A stretch of DNA of 53,414 nt from Octopus sinensis. Its lineage: Eukaryota. The translations under genes and the position numbers were made by a program. The stretch covers positions 1 to 53,414 of the forward strand of contig NW_021835298.1 of the NCBI RefSeq assembly GCF_006345805.1, read 5' to 3'. Under the pieces are notes generated by a model, which ran no database searches, was not told the origin of the DNA, and saw only the letters and a list, made by a program, of their open reading frames with translations. Shown here one piece after another: positions 36,351 through 49,339 of the stretch. Each line of letters starts with the position of its first letter. The first letter of the stretch is position 1.

Positions 36351-37194
36351 CACACACATACACATACATTCACACATGCATATACTCATGAGATATTTTA
36401 ATACAATAATAATAATAGCAAGTAATATATTGTTTAAAAACACTTTTAATGGAAAGAAAAACTACTGAAGGACATCTGTAGTTCTCGAACTAATATGGTC
36501 ATTGTTCACAATGTAAACTCACACGCATGTGCGCTCGTGCATACATACATTCATACATAAGTAAATACATATATACATACATGCACACATGCATAAATAC
36601 ACACACACACACACACATGCAAATGAAAAATAAAAACAGGAAAACACAAAAAGTCTATATGTACTATATTGAAGCTCAGAGAAAGTTTAAGATGATAAAA
36701 CGACTGAGTGTGACGCTTCGAGTATTGTTCTTTGTCAGAACGGGGAAAGAGGAAAACATCCAGAGAAAAGAGAAAGAGTAATGCGAGAAAAACACTTGTG
36801 TTGTTACATGTATGTATGTATGTATGTATGTATGTTATGTATGTATGTATGTATGTATGTATGTATGTATTTAGATTCAATGAGATCATATAGTGTGGAA
36901 GGAATGAAACGTGTGCCTGTGTACTCCATTCCAAGGCTGGATATGTCAACTATCTGACGTCCTGCGAAAGATTAACTGTGTGCAACGTTGTTCCTTCTAG
37001 ACCGGGTGTTTCGATGTATGTAGCGTGTGCAAAGTCTTGAAGGATGTATGGCGGTTCACAGAGATCACATCTCACATAGCTCACAAAGTGATCATATCAA
37101 TCCATAGAAATTAAACATTTTCGCCTGTCAACTATGATTCAAGCCATGACGATCTGCAGCGAGGCGTCAGCTACCTTGCTGAGTGAATATCTTT

Positions 37195-37550
37195 TTGCAA
37201 GTCAAAGAGAAATAGGATAACTATGGACAACTGCTTCGAAACCTCCAGCTTCTATATCCGGATTACAAATTCACATTTATAACAATAATAATGGATGCAA
37301 TTGTTTTGTGAGTAAATGCCTAACTGTCAGTTTGATAAGCTATACTTTTCAGAAAAAGAAATCAACCAACTAACTCGCACATTACAAATACAACCTGTAA
37401 GTGGAACAGCCAAAATATGCAAGGCTTTCCTCAAGTTTAAAATGTGACACTATTTTTGTTATTTACATTTCAAAGATGGAGTTTCGTATCAACGTAGAAA
37501 CTAGCTCCTTCTTCAGAGGGAGAATTCAAATAATTAAATACAGAAGAGAC
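37195..37550 (+). mobile_element. R4-like LINE 3' end (second family) with 3' UTR
   Basis: DNYGQLLRNLQLLYPDYKFTFI, homologous to DNNYAELLRNLQLLYPDYKIGFI at 46.44 kb; ends gagac|atacgtacac. Confidence 0.85.
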
Positions 37551-37887
37551 ATACGTACACACACACACACACACACACACACATATCATATGTATATTTG
37601 CATGAGACATATTTTTAGAATAAATGCGAAGGTGTATGTGTGTGCGTGTGCGTGTGCGTGTGTGTGCGTGTGCGCGCACGCGTTTATATATGTATGTGTA
37701 TTACACACACACACATAAATACGTACATACTTGCACTGCAAACAACATACATACACACATATATACATACAAGAGGACTTACTGACTTTCTTAAGATGTT
37801 CAGAGGGTTTCAATGGCGTATTTCAATAAACTAACCGAAAAGCCACACGTCCACCCAAAATTAGTTCCTTAATAATAATAAATAATA

Positions 37888-37930
<43 letters not shown>

Positions 37931-38319
37931 TTTTTCAAGTAACTCGTGACATAGTAAGACGATAACCAGCCATCACAGTGTCTTAAATGCAAGTGAATGG
38001 AGTCCACCTTTATAAACATAAACTATAACAATGGCGACGAAAGGGGAAAAAAGTTTGTTAACATCCCTTAAAATAATATTTGTTTTAACAATACCAATAC
38101 GATTATTATTTTATCTTGTCAGCAAAACTTAGTTATAGCTTCAATGTGAAAATAATAGTAAAAACTAGAGAGAAAGAAATGAAGGTGCGAAAAAAAGATT
38201 GTTTTATGAGATTTTATGAGTCGAAGACTAATAGTGCATCGACAATGAAAATTCAAGAAAGTGTAGGGATATTTCCGGTGAAACCGCGGTAGGTAAAGAG
38301 TATAGGACGTTAATTTTCA

Positions 38320-38520
38320 TCTTTATGTGTTTCAGGCATTAGAATACGGCCATGCTGTAGCACGAACTTGATGAATATTAGAGGAACGAAAAGATCACCG
38401 TTATTTATTCTTTTTTAAGAATGGTACTTAGTCTGTCGAACTATTTCGCTGCACCGATAAGCCACGGAGAGGTAAACAAACACCTGTTGTCAAGCGGTGT
38501 CGACATGAAGACTCAGACAC
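38320..38520 (-). mobile_element. SINE family 3, degenerate 3' half
   Basis: tgtgtttcaggcattagaatacggccatgctgtagcac...cacctgttgtcaagcgg. Confidence 0.6.
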
Positions 38521-38608
38521 ACACGCACACACACGCGCTATATATATATATATAATACATACATACATACATGCATACATACATACTACTTACAACATAC
38601 ATACATAC

Positions 38609-38656
<48 letters not shown>

Positions 38657-39278
38657 ATATATTTAAATAACGAGGGAGATAAATTGAATACTAATTTAAT
38701 TAATATCAATTTAAAACCAGTAGCCTAGCATATAGAAAAATCTGTAAAATCAGAAAGAATTTCAATACATGTGTATATTTAGGCTAAAAACCATTAGGTG
38801 GATACCCATATGCTAGAAGAAGATCACATACGATCTAACTACAAAGAAAGAATTTTCTCCAGAGAAAATTCAGCGAACACCAGAACATAGGCGGGCAAGA
38901 CAGATGAAAATAACATAAAAATCAAGAATTAATTCTTGATTTTTATGTAATTTTCATATCTTGCCAATATAAAGGACGAGATTGGTACTTTTTTATTGAC
39001 CTAGGAACGAGGAATAGCAAAGTGCAACTTTGGGCGGATTTGGATTCGGAGCGCAAAATGTCAGGAAAAAAAAATCTACGAGGAATCCTATATAACACCC
39101 TAATGATTTTATTCTTCGCTGCCCCTGTAAAATTAATAACACAAAACATAAAATAAGAAAAAAATTGTTCCCAAAATTTGCTTTCTAACCCATCCATTTT
39201 ATTGTGCGGCAGGTTTGTTTTAAGTTTTAAAAAGAAAAGGGCTATTTATTTAATATTTCTTATTAATATTTATATTTA

Positions 39279-39730
39279 AGGTGGCGGGCGGTCAGAATCG
39301 TCAGCACACCGGGTAAAATGCTTAGCGGCACCTCGTCCGTCCCTATGTTCTCATTTCAAATTCCACCGTTGTCGACTTTGCCGTTCATCCTTTCAGGGTT
39401 GATAAATTAAGTATCAGTGAAACACTGGGGTCGATGTAATCGACTAGTCCCCTCCCCCGTATTTCAGGTGTTGTGCCTATAGTAAAAAGGATTACTAATA
39501 TTTATTTGCACTAGTAAAGCGGCGAGCCGGCAGAATCGTTATCGCGCCGGGCGAAATGCTTAGTGACATTTCGTCCTTGTTTACGTTCTGAGTTCTAAAT
39601 TTGCCGAGGTTAACTTTGCCTTTCATTCTTTCGGACATCGATAAAATAAGTACCAGTTGAGCACTGGGGTCGGTCTAATCAACTTACACCCTTCCCCGAA
39701 ATTGCTGGCCTTGCCCCAAAATTTGAACTC
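39279..39730 (+). mobile_element. Two adjacent diverged SINE family 1 monomers (~39279-39490 type B, ~39518-39730 type C)
   Basis: Heads aaggtggcgggcggtcagaatcg and aaagcggcgagccggcagaatcg; core cctttcatcctttc..gataaa..aagtaccag. Confidence 0.85.
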
Positions 39731-40030
39731 AATTCTTATATACACTCTATGTAGTAGATATGTAAACAGGGCAAATTTAATCATTTCTCCGTGGACTGAA
39801 AATCTAATGAATAGCCTTGATCAATTTTCGAGCCTAATTGGGTTGTCTACATCAATTAGACCAATCTCAGAAAAATAATCAGCCAATTTGTTTATAAACA
39901 CAACAAATCCAGTAACTAGAGAGAAATAGAGCCAATAATTTGCCTATCATAAGTATTTAACTCTGTACTTAATATCAGTAGCCTGCCAACGGGGATCTCA
40001 GTTCAAATAGTGTCAACGTATGATATAATA

Positions 40031-40254
40031 CGAGAGAGTGGTGTATAGTCTCTAGCTTTAAGGGTGTCACGAAAGGCCTGGTTGGTAGACCCAACATTCC
40101 GAATTCTTTTACAGGACTTAGAAAAAGTGAAGGATTACTGCAATAAGTGTGTGAATCTGAGAGGAGAATATGTTGAATAAAATCATAATTACCTGATCGT
40201 CCTGTATTTTCTTTTACCTAAAGCCAAGAATTCTTCAGCAGCACCACCACCCCG
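40031..40254 (+). mobile_element. Mariner-derived MITE, diverged copy of 14153-14371
   Basis: Shared interior gctttaagggt..tgcaataagtgtgtgaatctgagagg.gaatatgttga.taaaatcataatt; TA-flanked; TIRs decayed. Confidence 0.8.
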
Positions 40255-40379
40255 TATATGTGTGACCTACATAGCAGATATAATTAGGGCAAATGGAACT
40301 ATTTCTCCGTAGATTGAAAAATATTATGAACATCCTTGATCGATTTGCGAACCGTATTGTGTTCTTATTAGATGTATAT

Positions 40380-40471
40380 TCGCGGGTATGGTTCTGTGGT
40401 TAAGAATTTCGCTCTGCCACCATGCTATGAATGTATTTGGTAGACGGAAATTGTGTGAAAGACCGTCGTAA

Positions 40472-40558
<87 letters not shown>

Positions 40559-40688
40559 TTGTTAAAAATAGATCAATACTTTAGATGTCTGGCCTACTGT
40601 GGTCGAATTTTTCTACTCAAAATTCCTCAAAGCGCTGTCCCGGCATGGCCGCAGTCTAATGACAGAAACAAGTTAAAGATAAAAGATA
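40380..40688 (+). mobile_element. SINE family 3, diverged and internally deleted, with expanded (TG)n
   Basis: atttggtagacggaaa..gtcgta(tg)n...gcatggccgcagtctaatgacagaaacaag. Confidence 0.65.
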
Positions 40689-42271
40689 TATATATACTTA
40701 TATATACATATATATATGCACACATACATATACATATACTTATATATGCTAATATACATCTATATAGATATACATACGTACATACATAACTCTGGGAAGA
40801 AAGAAATATTAATATATACATATTTAAAATACACATACATTCATAGATACAGAGAAGTAGTCAAATAAATAGATGCCTAAACAAAAAGAAAATGTTATTG
40901 TGTCATGGCTTTACTACACATACACAGTTCAATACGATATACAAGAGAAAAAAGGAGAGAAAAAAAAACAAGTAGATATACAATGAATACAATTTAGAAA
41001 TTCAATATATAATAAGAATGGCAATAAATTCTATGCATTTCAATCAATAATAAATAGAATTATTCCAAGTTCGTATTTTATATTCAACTATAGTCTCCTC
41101 TTATTTGTTTTTCCCGCCGAAGTCGTTAAAACGCCATTACGCATCTCTAAGCAGACGACACAAAACATCTTATTGTTGAAAATTATTGGGGGTTTTATAA
41201 CGGCAGTAAATACATATGTGTGTGTGTGTGTATTTGTTGTTTGTTGTTTATTTATAGGGAATGTTAAGGGGTAGGGTGATTTGCAGAAATACCGTATGCG
41301 TTGTATAAGGAATATGTTAGTGTTAGGGGTGAAATTTCAACATTGAAATGATTCAAATGATTATGCGGGTATTGTATTGTGTGCATGTATGACTAGTTGT
41401 GTGTATGAATGTGTGAATGCTCTATATTTGCTTATATGTAAATGTAAACATACACGAGCTGGCGCATGCATTTTTACGCACGAATTGTGCGTGTGTATAT
41501 GTATATACACACACGTACGCACATACATACATACATACATACATACATACATACATACATACATACATACATACATACATACATACATACAAACATGCAT
41601 ACATACATATGTACGTACGTATGTACGTATGTATGTATGCATGTATGTATACAACACACATATATACATAAAAATATATAAGAAAATAAAGAAATGGATC
41701 ACTGTCGGTGTCGACGATGATTATTCTGGTGATCGATCAACTGAGCTGCCAATGCTTTGAATTAGCGCATAAGTGTTCGAAAACTTTCCACAACTGAATG
41801 CGCCCTAAATGCAGAAACAACAAAAGACACAATGACAAAAATATACCATTACATAACAAGTTCAATCCCAAAAGTTTTCATCTATTCGATTACATTTGCA
41901 AATTTGAGAGTACGAAATGTATGGGGTGGGATCGAGTTTCTGGCTCCCTCATTGGAATGCATTTTCTATTCGACCATAATACATCCAAATTTATTACTCA
42001 TCTATACTCGTATATACAAACTCATGTACACAAATGCACGCATATATAAGATTATATATCATCGCTCCCATTTTATGTATCTATGTAATTATTACTTTCT
42101 CTCTCTCTCTCATTCTATATTTGTGTGTGTGTGCCAACTGCATGTGAGCAGTTCTGTAAACATAGACACACACACAAACACATGAATTTGTGTAAAGATA
42201 TCTATGAGAGGAAATGTGAATATAATTCTTCATATATAAATTTGTGTATGTATATATATACATACATATAT

Positions 42272-42323
<52 letters not shown>

Positions 42324-42361
42324 ATATATATTATATATATATATAATATATATACATAGCT

Positions 42362-42470
42362 TATATTCACAGAAAACAAAAGAGGAAGACAGGTGTAGGA
42401 ACAACAAACAGGTGTATTAGTTTAAATCTTGAGAAAAATTGAAAAGTCTTTTACGTTCCGAGCCTAATGA
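42362..42470 (-). mobile_element. Truncated copy of the 3922-4145 element, broken inside its hammerhead
   Basis: Minus strand taggctcggaacgtaaaagacttttc...; (TA)n on both sides. Confidence 0.7.
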
Positions 42471-42476
42471 ATTATA

Positions 42477-42539
<63 letters not shown>

Positions 42540-42540
<1 letters not shown>

Positions 42541-42655
42541 GGTCCCGGGTTGAGTCGGGGTTAACCACAGTGAATAAGGTACTCAATACATAGCAGAGAT
42601 TTCATCGGAATGAAACAGTTCTAGTCCTGTAGAAGCTCCTTCTATAAAATAAAAT
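42540..42655. mobile_element. Short unclassified insert in (TA)n, possibly Penelope-like
   Basis: Non-repetitive 115 bp between long (TA)n tracts, containing atttcatcggaatGAAACagtt; single copy in the window. Confidence 0.35.
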
Positions 42656-42702
42656 ATATATATATATATATATACACACACAAACACACACACGCACATA
42701 TG

Positions 42703-42763
<61 letters not shown>

Positions 42764-42796
42764 TATCATACATACATACATACATACATACATACA

Positions 42797-42830
<34 letters not shown>

Positions 42831-43262
42831 CAAACGTACGCGCTTTCATGTATAGATATTTGTCTGCGTGTATGTATGTGTATATGTATACATGCATATA
42901 CGTATGTCCGTATGTATACATGTATGTATGTATGTGTGTGTGTGTATGTATGTATGTATGTATGTATGTATGTATGTATGTATGTATGTATGTATGCATG
43001 TATGTATATATGTATGCATCATACTAGATTTGTGTGTGACTGTATATATCGGTATCATATAACTTTTCGTCAATACGAGTAAACTTATATTTTTCACTTT
43101 AGAACTAGGTGAAATAGTAAGTCACAAGTAGAAAGTAAATCATATCACATATGTTATACTTCGTTCCAAATCTAACGGCATTCAATATCCCACATGTATG
43201 TATATATGACAACATGTGTGTATGTATGGGTGGATGGATGGATGAATTGATGAACGTATATT

Positions 43263-44171
43263 CGTGGTCTTATTAATAAGTATCTGAACTGTTGCTATAG
43301 TAGCGAAGCTAAAGCATGCAGAGTGAAGCCGCTTGGCACAGATTGACCTTGAATTCTGCTGTGCATGCGCACTAAGTTTAACTTTCTAGCTCACTTCCAC
43401 TGTTTACAGCAATGCTTGGCAGGAACGTGTGTAGCGTGTGGTTATCGGATTGACCATAGCACAGAAAGTTGAGCAGAGAATCAGCATCAAATTTTGGCGA
43501 TACCTTTGATGCAGAGGATCAAAGCTTGGCGATACCTGCTCAGAGGCCTACAAAAAGTTTTCAAAAAGTTTTCATCGTTCTCGACAGAATCAAGGGGATG
43601 TGCAACTAAAACCCGGGTGTCGTTTTGATCAGATGAAAGCAATTTTGACACAAACTTTGCAGACATGCGTCTCATACCCAAATGTTCAGTGATAACGGAC
43701 TGAACTGAACCGTAGCTAATCTGCACATCCTCTGATAACTCATGGATGGTGATTCGACTATTTCCCCTCACAGCTGCACGCACATCTTCAATGTTTTACT
43801 CAGTTCTGCGGCTTGCGGGTCTCCTAGATCGTTCGTCAGTATCGACATTTTTCGGCCATCTAGAAACATCTGAGCCACTCGTACACTTGTGAGCAGCTCA
43901 TACACTCCTCTCCATAAATTTCTGAAACTTTGCATAGACCTCTGAGCTGTTACAGCCATGACAACTTTCTCTGTCACGGTCAACCCGACGGTCACACGCT
44001 ACGCACCCTCCTTCCAAGCACTGCTGTAAACAGCAGAAGTGAGCTAGAATATTAAAACTTAGTGCACATGCATAGCAGAGTTCAAGGTCAATCTATGCGA
44101 AGCGGTTTTGCTCTGCATGTTTTAGCTTCGTTACTATGGTAACAGTCCGGATACTTATTCATCAGACCGCG
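43263..44171. mobile_element. Rearranged mariner: two 5' ends fused tail-to-tail (fold-back, ~909 bp)
   Basis: Imperfect inverted arms of ~210 bp (43263-43470 vs 43965-44171); + arm encodes KVEQRISIKF..KLGDTCSEAY; - arm encodes YEW..RITIHELSEDVQISYGSVQSVITEHLGMRRMSAKFVSKLL..ENDENFLKT. Confidence 0.88.
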
Positions 44172-44221
44172 TACAAATACATATATACGCATATATACAT
44201 ATATACATATACATATATGTA

Positions 44222-44313
<92 letters not shown>

Positions 44314-44414
44314 TGTATGTATATATATATATATAATATGTATTATATATATGTATATATATATATGTATATATACATATGTATATATATATACACAGAT
44401 ATATTATACATAAT

Positions 44415-44459
<45 letters not shown>

Positions 44460-44829
44460 TAAAGACAAGGAGAGAGATATATAGAGTGAGAGAGAGGGAG
44501 GAGAGAGACACACACACACAGACAGAGACAGAGAGAGACAAACATAAATTATATATAAATTTATATATGCCAATATGGATGCATGTAGATATCTATAAAT
44601 ATGTATATTTATCTACGCACACATATAATATACAGGGAAAAAAATATGCAACACACACATATACAAACACACATATATATGTACATACAAACTTATACAT
44701 ACATGCATACATTCATACATAAAAACATTTTACATAAATTTCTACATGCATTAATTATACATCCATACATATATACATACAGATTCATACATTCATGATG
44801 CATGCATGCATGCATACATACATCTTAAA

Positions 44830-45148
44830 GACTCCGCCGGTTACGACGACGACGGTCCCAGCTGATACGATCAACGGAACAGCTTGCTCGTGAAATTAAC
44901 GTGCAAATGGCTGAGCATTCCACAGACACGTGTAACCTTAACGTAGTTCTCGGGGATAATCAGCGTGACACAGAGAGTGACAAGGCCGGCCCTTTGAAAT
45001 ACAAGTACAACTCATTTTTGCCAGCTGAGTGGACTGGAGCAACGTGAAATAAAGTGTCTTGCTCAAGGACACAACGCGTCGCCGGGAATCGAACTCACAA
45101 CCTTACGATCATGAGCCGAATGCCCTAACCACTAAGCCACGCGCCCTC
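44830..45148 (-). mobile_element. SINE with tRNA head and CORE-like body, sharing the family 2 3' tail
   Basis: Minus strand: gcgcgtggcttagtggttaggg..gagttcgattccc..tgtgtccttgagcaagacactt, then the same ~190-nt tail (tatttcaaagggccggccttgtcac...gtcgtcgtaacc) as family 2. Confidence 0.88.
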
Positions 45149-45384
45149 ACGCATACATACATACATACATACATACATACATACATACATACATACATAC
45201 ATAAATACATACATACATACATACATACATGCATACATACATACATACATACATGCATACATACATACATACATACATACATAAATACATACATACATAC
45301 ATACATGCATACATACATACATACATACATACATACATACATACATACATACATACATACATACATACATACATACATACATAC

Positions 45385-46650
45385 GACACCTGTAACAAAA
45401 CACGTGTGACTAAAGAATATTACAGCCGAATAAGGAAAATTTGGACCTCGGAATTCTCTGCATTCAATACAAGAGTGGCCCACAATGTGTTTGCAGTGCC
45501 AGTACTCATACAAACATTTGGGCAACTTGATTGGACACTTGATGAGATCCGAGACATTGATATGAAAACCCGAAAAATACTAACAAGCACAAATAGTTTC
45601 CGCATAACCAGTGACGTAGACCCCCTCTACCTAAAACGTAGACAAGGCGGCAGAGGCTCCACAGCGATCATATCGCATCATATCCTTTCGGTAACATCTT
45701 TTAACCACCAAGTGTCGAAGTACATCCCTTGATCAACTTTGCATACATGAGGCTGATAACATCATAACACTTGGAAGGCAGCTCTTTGAGCAACACTGTG
45801 TCTGATAACCTAGAATTCATGGCCAAAAAAGTTGCACGACTCTACCGTAACGGATCATCAGATGAAAGGACGAACCTATATGAGCAGAAGACTATGCACG
45901 GATAGAAAGCTCCGTGATGATAGTAACATCGATCATCAATGCAGTTTATCATGGACCAATAGCCGGATTGCTACCTCCCACTTTGAAGGGTATGAGTTTG
46001 CAATCCAGGCATGGGAAATATCAACCAAGTACCTGATGCATAAAATGGATAGAGATGCAGGAAAAGCCACAAAATGTGACAATCGATGCAGACTTTGTGT
46101 AGTTCACACTGAAGACATCACCCACATCATAAGCAGTTGTCTGAAAATGGCATCACGGTATTATTTACGAATGAGACATGTTGTAACTAGGACACTCTAT
46201 AAAGAAATCTGTCGGAAGGATAACTCCGAGGACAAAGAAATAAGAACCCATATTATGGTAGAAGCCATAGCCACTCATAATGAAAATGAATACTGGTACA
46301 ATGTGCCAGTGAAGACCTCAATAAAATATAAGCACAACTGACCTGGTATAATGATTTGGGATAGAGAAGAGAAACTGTGCACAGTTGTGGAAATTAGCTG
46401 CCCAGCGGATGTTAGCATAAAGCTGAAGATCAGGGAAAAAGATAACAACTATGCTGAACTATTGAGAAATCTGCAGTTACTCTACCCAGATTACAAGATC
46501 GGGTTTATACCTGTAATTATTGGGGTATTGGGATATGTAAAATTAGACTTCTCAAAACCAGAAAGGAGAAAGGTAATTCGAAGACTACAGATCCAATCCG
46601 TCACTAGAACTATAAAAATCTGTATAACTTTCCAGAAGTTTATCATATAT
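45385..46650 (+). mobile_element. R4-like LINE fragment (second family) between (CATA)n tracts
   Basis: DVDPLYLKRRQGGRG; CRLC..EDITHIISSC; YLRMRH; WDREEK..VEISCP..LLRNLQLLYPDYK..PVIIGVLG; stops and frameshifts; (CATA)n on both sides. Confidence 0.92.
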
Positions 46651-46749
46651 GCATAAATACAAACATACATACATACATACATACATACATACATACATAC
46701 ATACATACATACATACAAAGCTTCGCACATACATTCATATATATATTTG

Positions 46750-46795
<46 letters not shown>

Positions 46796-47409
46796 TGCAT
46801 ACATACACACGTACTTTCATACACACATGCATACATTTATACATACATCCCCACATAATACATACACAAATACATACATACATACATACATACATACACA
46901 CACACATACATACACATACACACATACATACATACACACATACGTTCATACACACATAAATACATTCATACATACATCCCCACATACATACATAAATACA
47001 TACATACATACATATATACATACATACATACATACATATATACATATACATACATACATACGTAACAAAATACATACATATATCCAACAGGGAACAGAAA
47101 AAAGAAAAATGGTCTCTCGCTTTAAACACTATCCAAATACCCAAAACAAGTTAAAGAAAACTGTGTCTCCTTCTCTCCGTTTGTTTTCATTAAAATGATA
47201 TTCAGCTGTTATATTTTGGAAACCTCAAAGAAAGCACATAATATATATTTGTTCTGTTTTACTCTATGAAATGCTAAGTTTGTTGACATTAGCAAATTAT
47301 TTTAAACTTCTTTTGTATATCCTCCATATTTTTTGCTACCATGTTTTGTGTGACACTTGCGCACACATATGTGTCTTGAACACATTGACACACTCGGACA
47401 CATTCGTTG

Positions 47410-47750
47410 CACTCCGTCGGTTACGACGAGCAGAGTTCCAGTTGATGTGATCAACGGAACAGCCAGCTCGTGAAATCAACGTGCAAGTGGCTGAGCACTC
47501 CACGGTTACATGTACCCTTAACGTAGTTCTTGGGGAGATTCAGCGTGACACAGAGTGTGATAAGGCTGGCTCTTTGAAATACAGGTACAACAGAAACAGG
47601 AAGAAAGAGTGAGAGAAAGTTGTGGTGAAAGAGTACAGCAGAGTTCGCTACCACCACCTGCCGGAGCCTTGTGGAGCTTTAGTTGTTTTCGTCCTGTCTG
47701 GGTATTGAAACCACGAGTCTGCTACTCTAACCACTGGTCTATTGCGCTTC
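47410..47750 (-). mobile_element. SINE family 2, diverged
   Basis: gcactccgtcggttacgacg...ctttgaaatacaggtacaacagaaacagg...ctaaccactggtctattgcgcttcc. Confidence 0.88.
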
Positions 47751-47786
47751 CACACACACACACACACACAGACATATGTATATTAT

Positions 47787-47818
<32 letters not shown>

Positions 47819-47939
47819 ATATATTATATATATACATTTATACATATTCATATCTCCATATGTCTGTTATGTGTACATACAAGTATACACGCTCACGTAC
47901 ACACATACATGCATGCATGAATACAGATGTGTGTTGCTT

Positions 47940-48012
47940 ATTTTACCAACCTCGAAAGAGTAGAAGGCAAAGTCGACCCCAGCGGAATTTGAACACAGAA
48001 CGTAAAGACGGA
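47940..48012 (-). mobile_element. SINE family 1 fragment
   Basis: aaggcaaagtcgaccccagcggaatttgaacacagaacgtaaagacg. Confidence 0.7.
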
Positions 48013-48164
48013 CCTGCTATGTATGTAATATTGGAAATTTGAGAATCATGGAAATATAGACACATACACAAACACACACACATACATACATACATACATA
48101 CATACATACATACATACATACATACATACATACATACATACATACATACATACATACATACATG

Positions 48165-48273
48165 CAAAAATACTTTGTTGATGTTGAAATTCTAATGAAA
48201 GAGCCTTGGGTCTATGTTAGAAACCGGCTCTTTTCTCTATTGGCTAGCAATCTTGAAATAAACTGAATAATGA
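48165..48273 (+). mobile_element. Probable 3' UTR tip of the CATA-associated R4-like family
   Basis: Flanked by (CATA)n; hairpin aaagagcc/ggctcttt with tagaaac in the loop, matching the 37478-37508 hairpin; ends tgac|atacatac. Confidence 0.55.
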
Positions 48274-48284
48274 CATACATACAT

Positions 48285-48492
48285 ACACTCTTTACTCTTT
48301 TACTTGTTTCAGTCATTTGACTGCGGCCATGCTGGAGCACCGCCTTTAGTCGAGCAAATCGACCCGGGACTTATTCTTTGTAAGCCCAGTACTTATTCCA
48401 TCGGTCTCTTTTGCCGAACCGCTAAGTGACGGACGTAAACACACCAGCATCGGTTGTCAAGCAATGCTAGGGGGACAAACACGACACACAAA

Positions 48493-48529
<37 letters not shown>

Positions 48530-48625
48530 GCAGAAGACACTTGCCCAAGATGCCACGTAGGGACTGAACCCGGAACTATGTGGTTGGTTAGCAAGCTACT
48601 TACCACACAGCCACTCCTGCGCCTT
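48285..48625 (-). mobile_element. SINE family 3, young, internal deletion
   Basis: tactcttttacttgtttcagtc...gggggacaaacac..(TA)n|gcagaagacacttgcccaag...ccactcctgcgcct. Confidence 0.9.
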
Positions 48626-49339
48626 ACATTACATTATTATAGCGGTGCATTTTGAACGAAGCATTGTATGATAGCCTTATTAAAACAGTTTTGAAAATTA
48701 CATTACTGTAGAATTTGGAACTAAAGGCGTAACAGCATCGGTAACAATGACATAACGACAGTTTTACGCTTACACTTAATATCGAGTTTTAAGACCTTTT
48801 ATTTCATTCCTATAGAGAAAATGGTGGATGTTGATGAATTATACTACATAAGCTGTCCCCGCCAGGGGTGGGAATAATTAGTAACCGATTGAAATTAATT
48901 AATTAGTTTCGTTAATTTCGCAGAATTTTAATTAAATTGATCATAAAAATTCATAGAACATGAAGGGGAGATATTTGAAAATTTTATTGAAATGACAAAT
49001 AATGCTGCAAATAATTCCAAGTATTAATTTATTGATCATTATGAGATTCGATCGCATTAATCGAATTATATTTATCAATATTGAATCAATATTTTGACTT
49101 TTGTTCAGTTGACTCTTTAACATTTAATTCGATTCTACAAAGTCATTCTAAGCATAAAACAGTTATACCATCGAAATTTCGCAGCTGCAAGATAATGCAA
49201 TTCTATATTTTAGGGATGAGGAATTATGTACATTATTTACATTAGACGGATAACCACTCTTAACACTACGGATAACCGCTCTTAACCCCCAAGATTCCGA
49301 GTTCGATTCCAAGCACTGACCTGAACAATAATAATAATA

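Noticed and set aside
38665-38940. AT-rich segment after (TA)n with a short ctagcatat/atatgctag inversion
   Set aside because: Probably a repeat, but single-copy here and without diagnostic motifs.
41690-41804. Candidate terminal exon on - (RIQLWKVFEHLCANSKHWQLS*)
   Set aside because: The resemblance to ETS or WD40 IQLW motifs does not extend further, and all frames stop within ~85 nt.
48816-48867. Candidate exon on + encoding MVDVDELYYISCPRQG
   Set aside because: Good acceptor but weak donor, no homology I recognise and no supporting exons.
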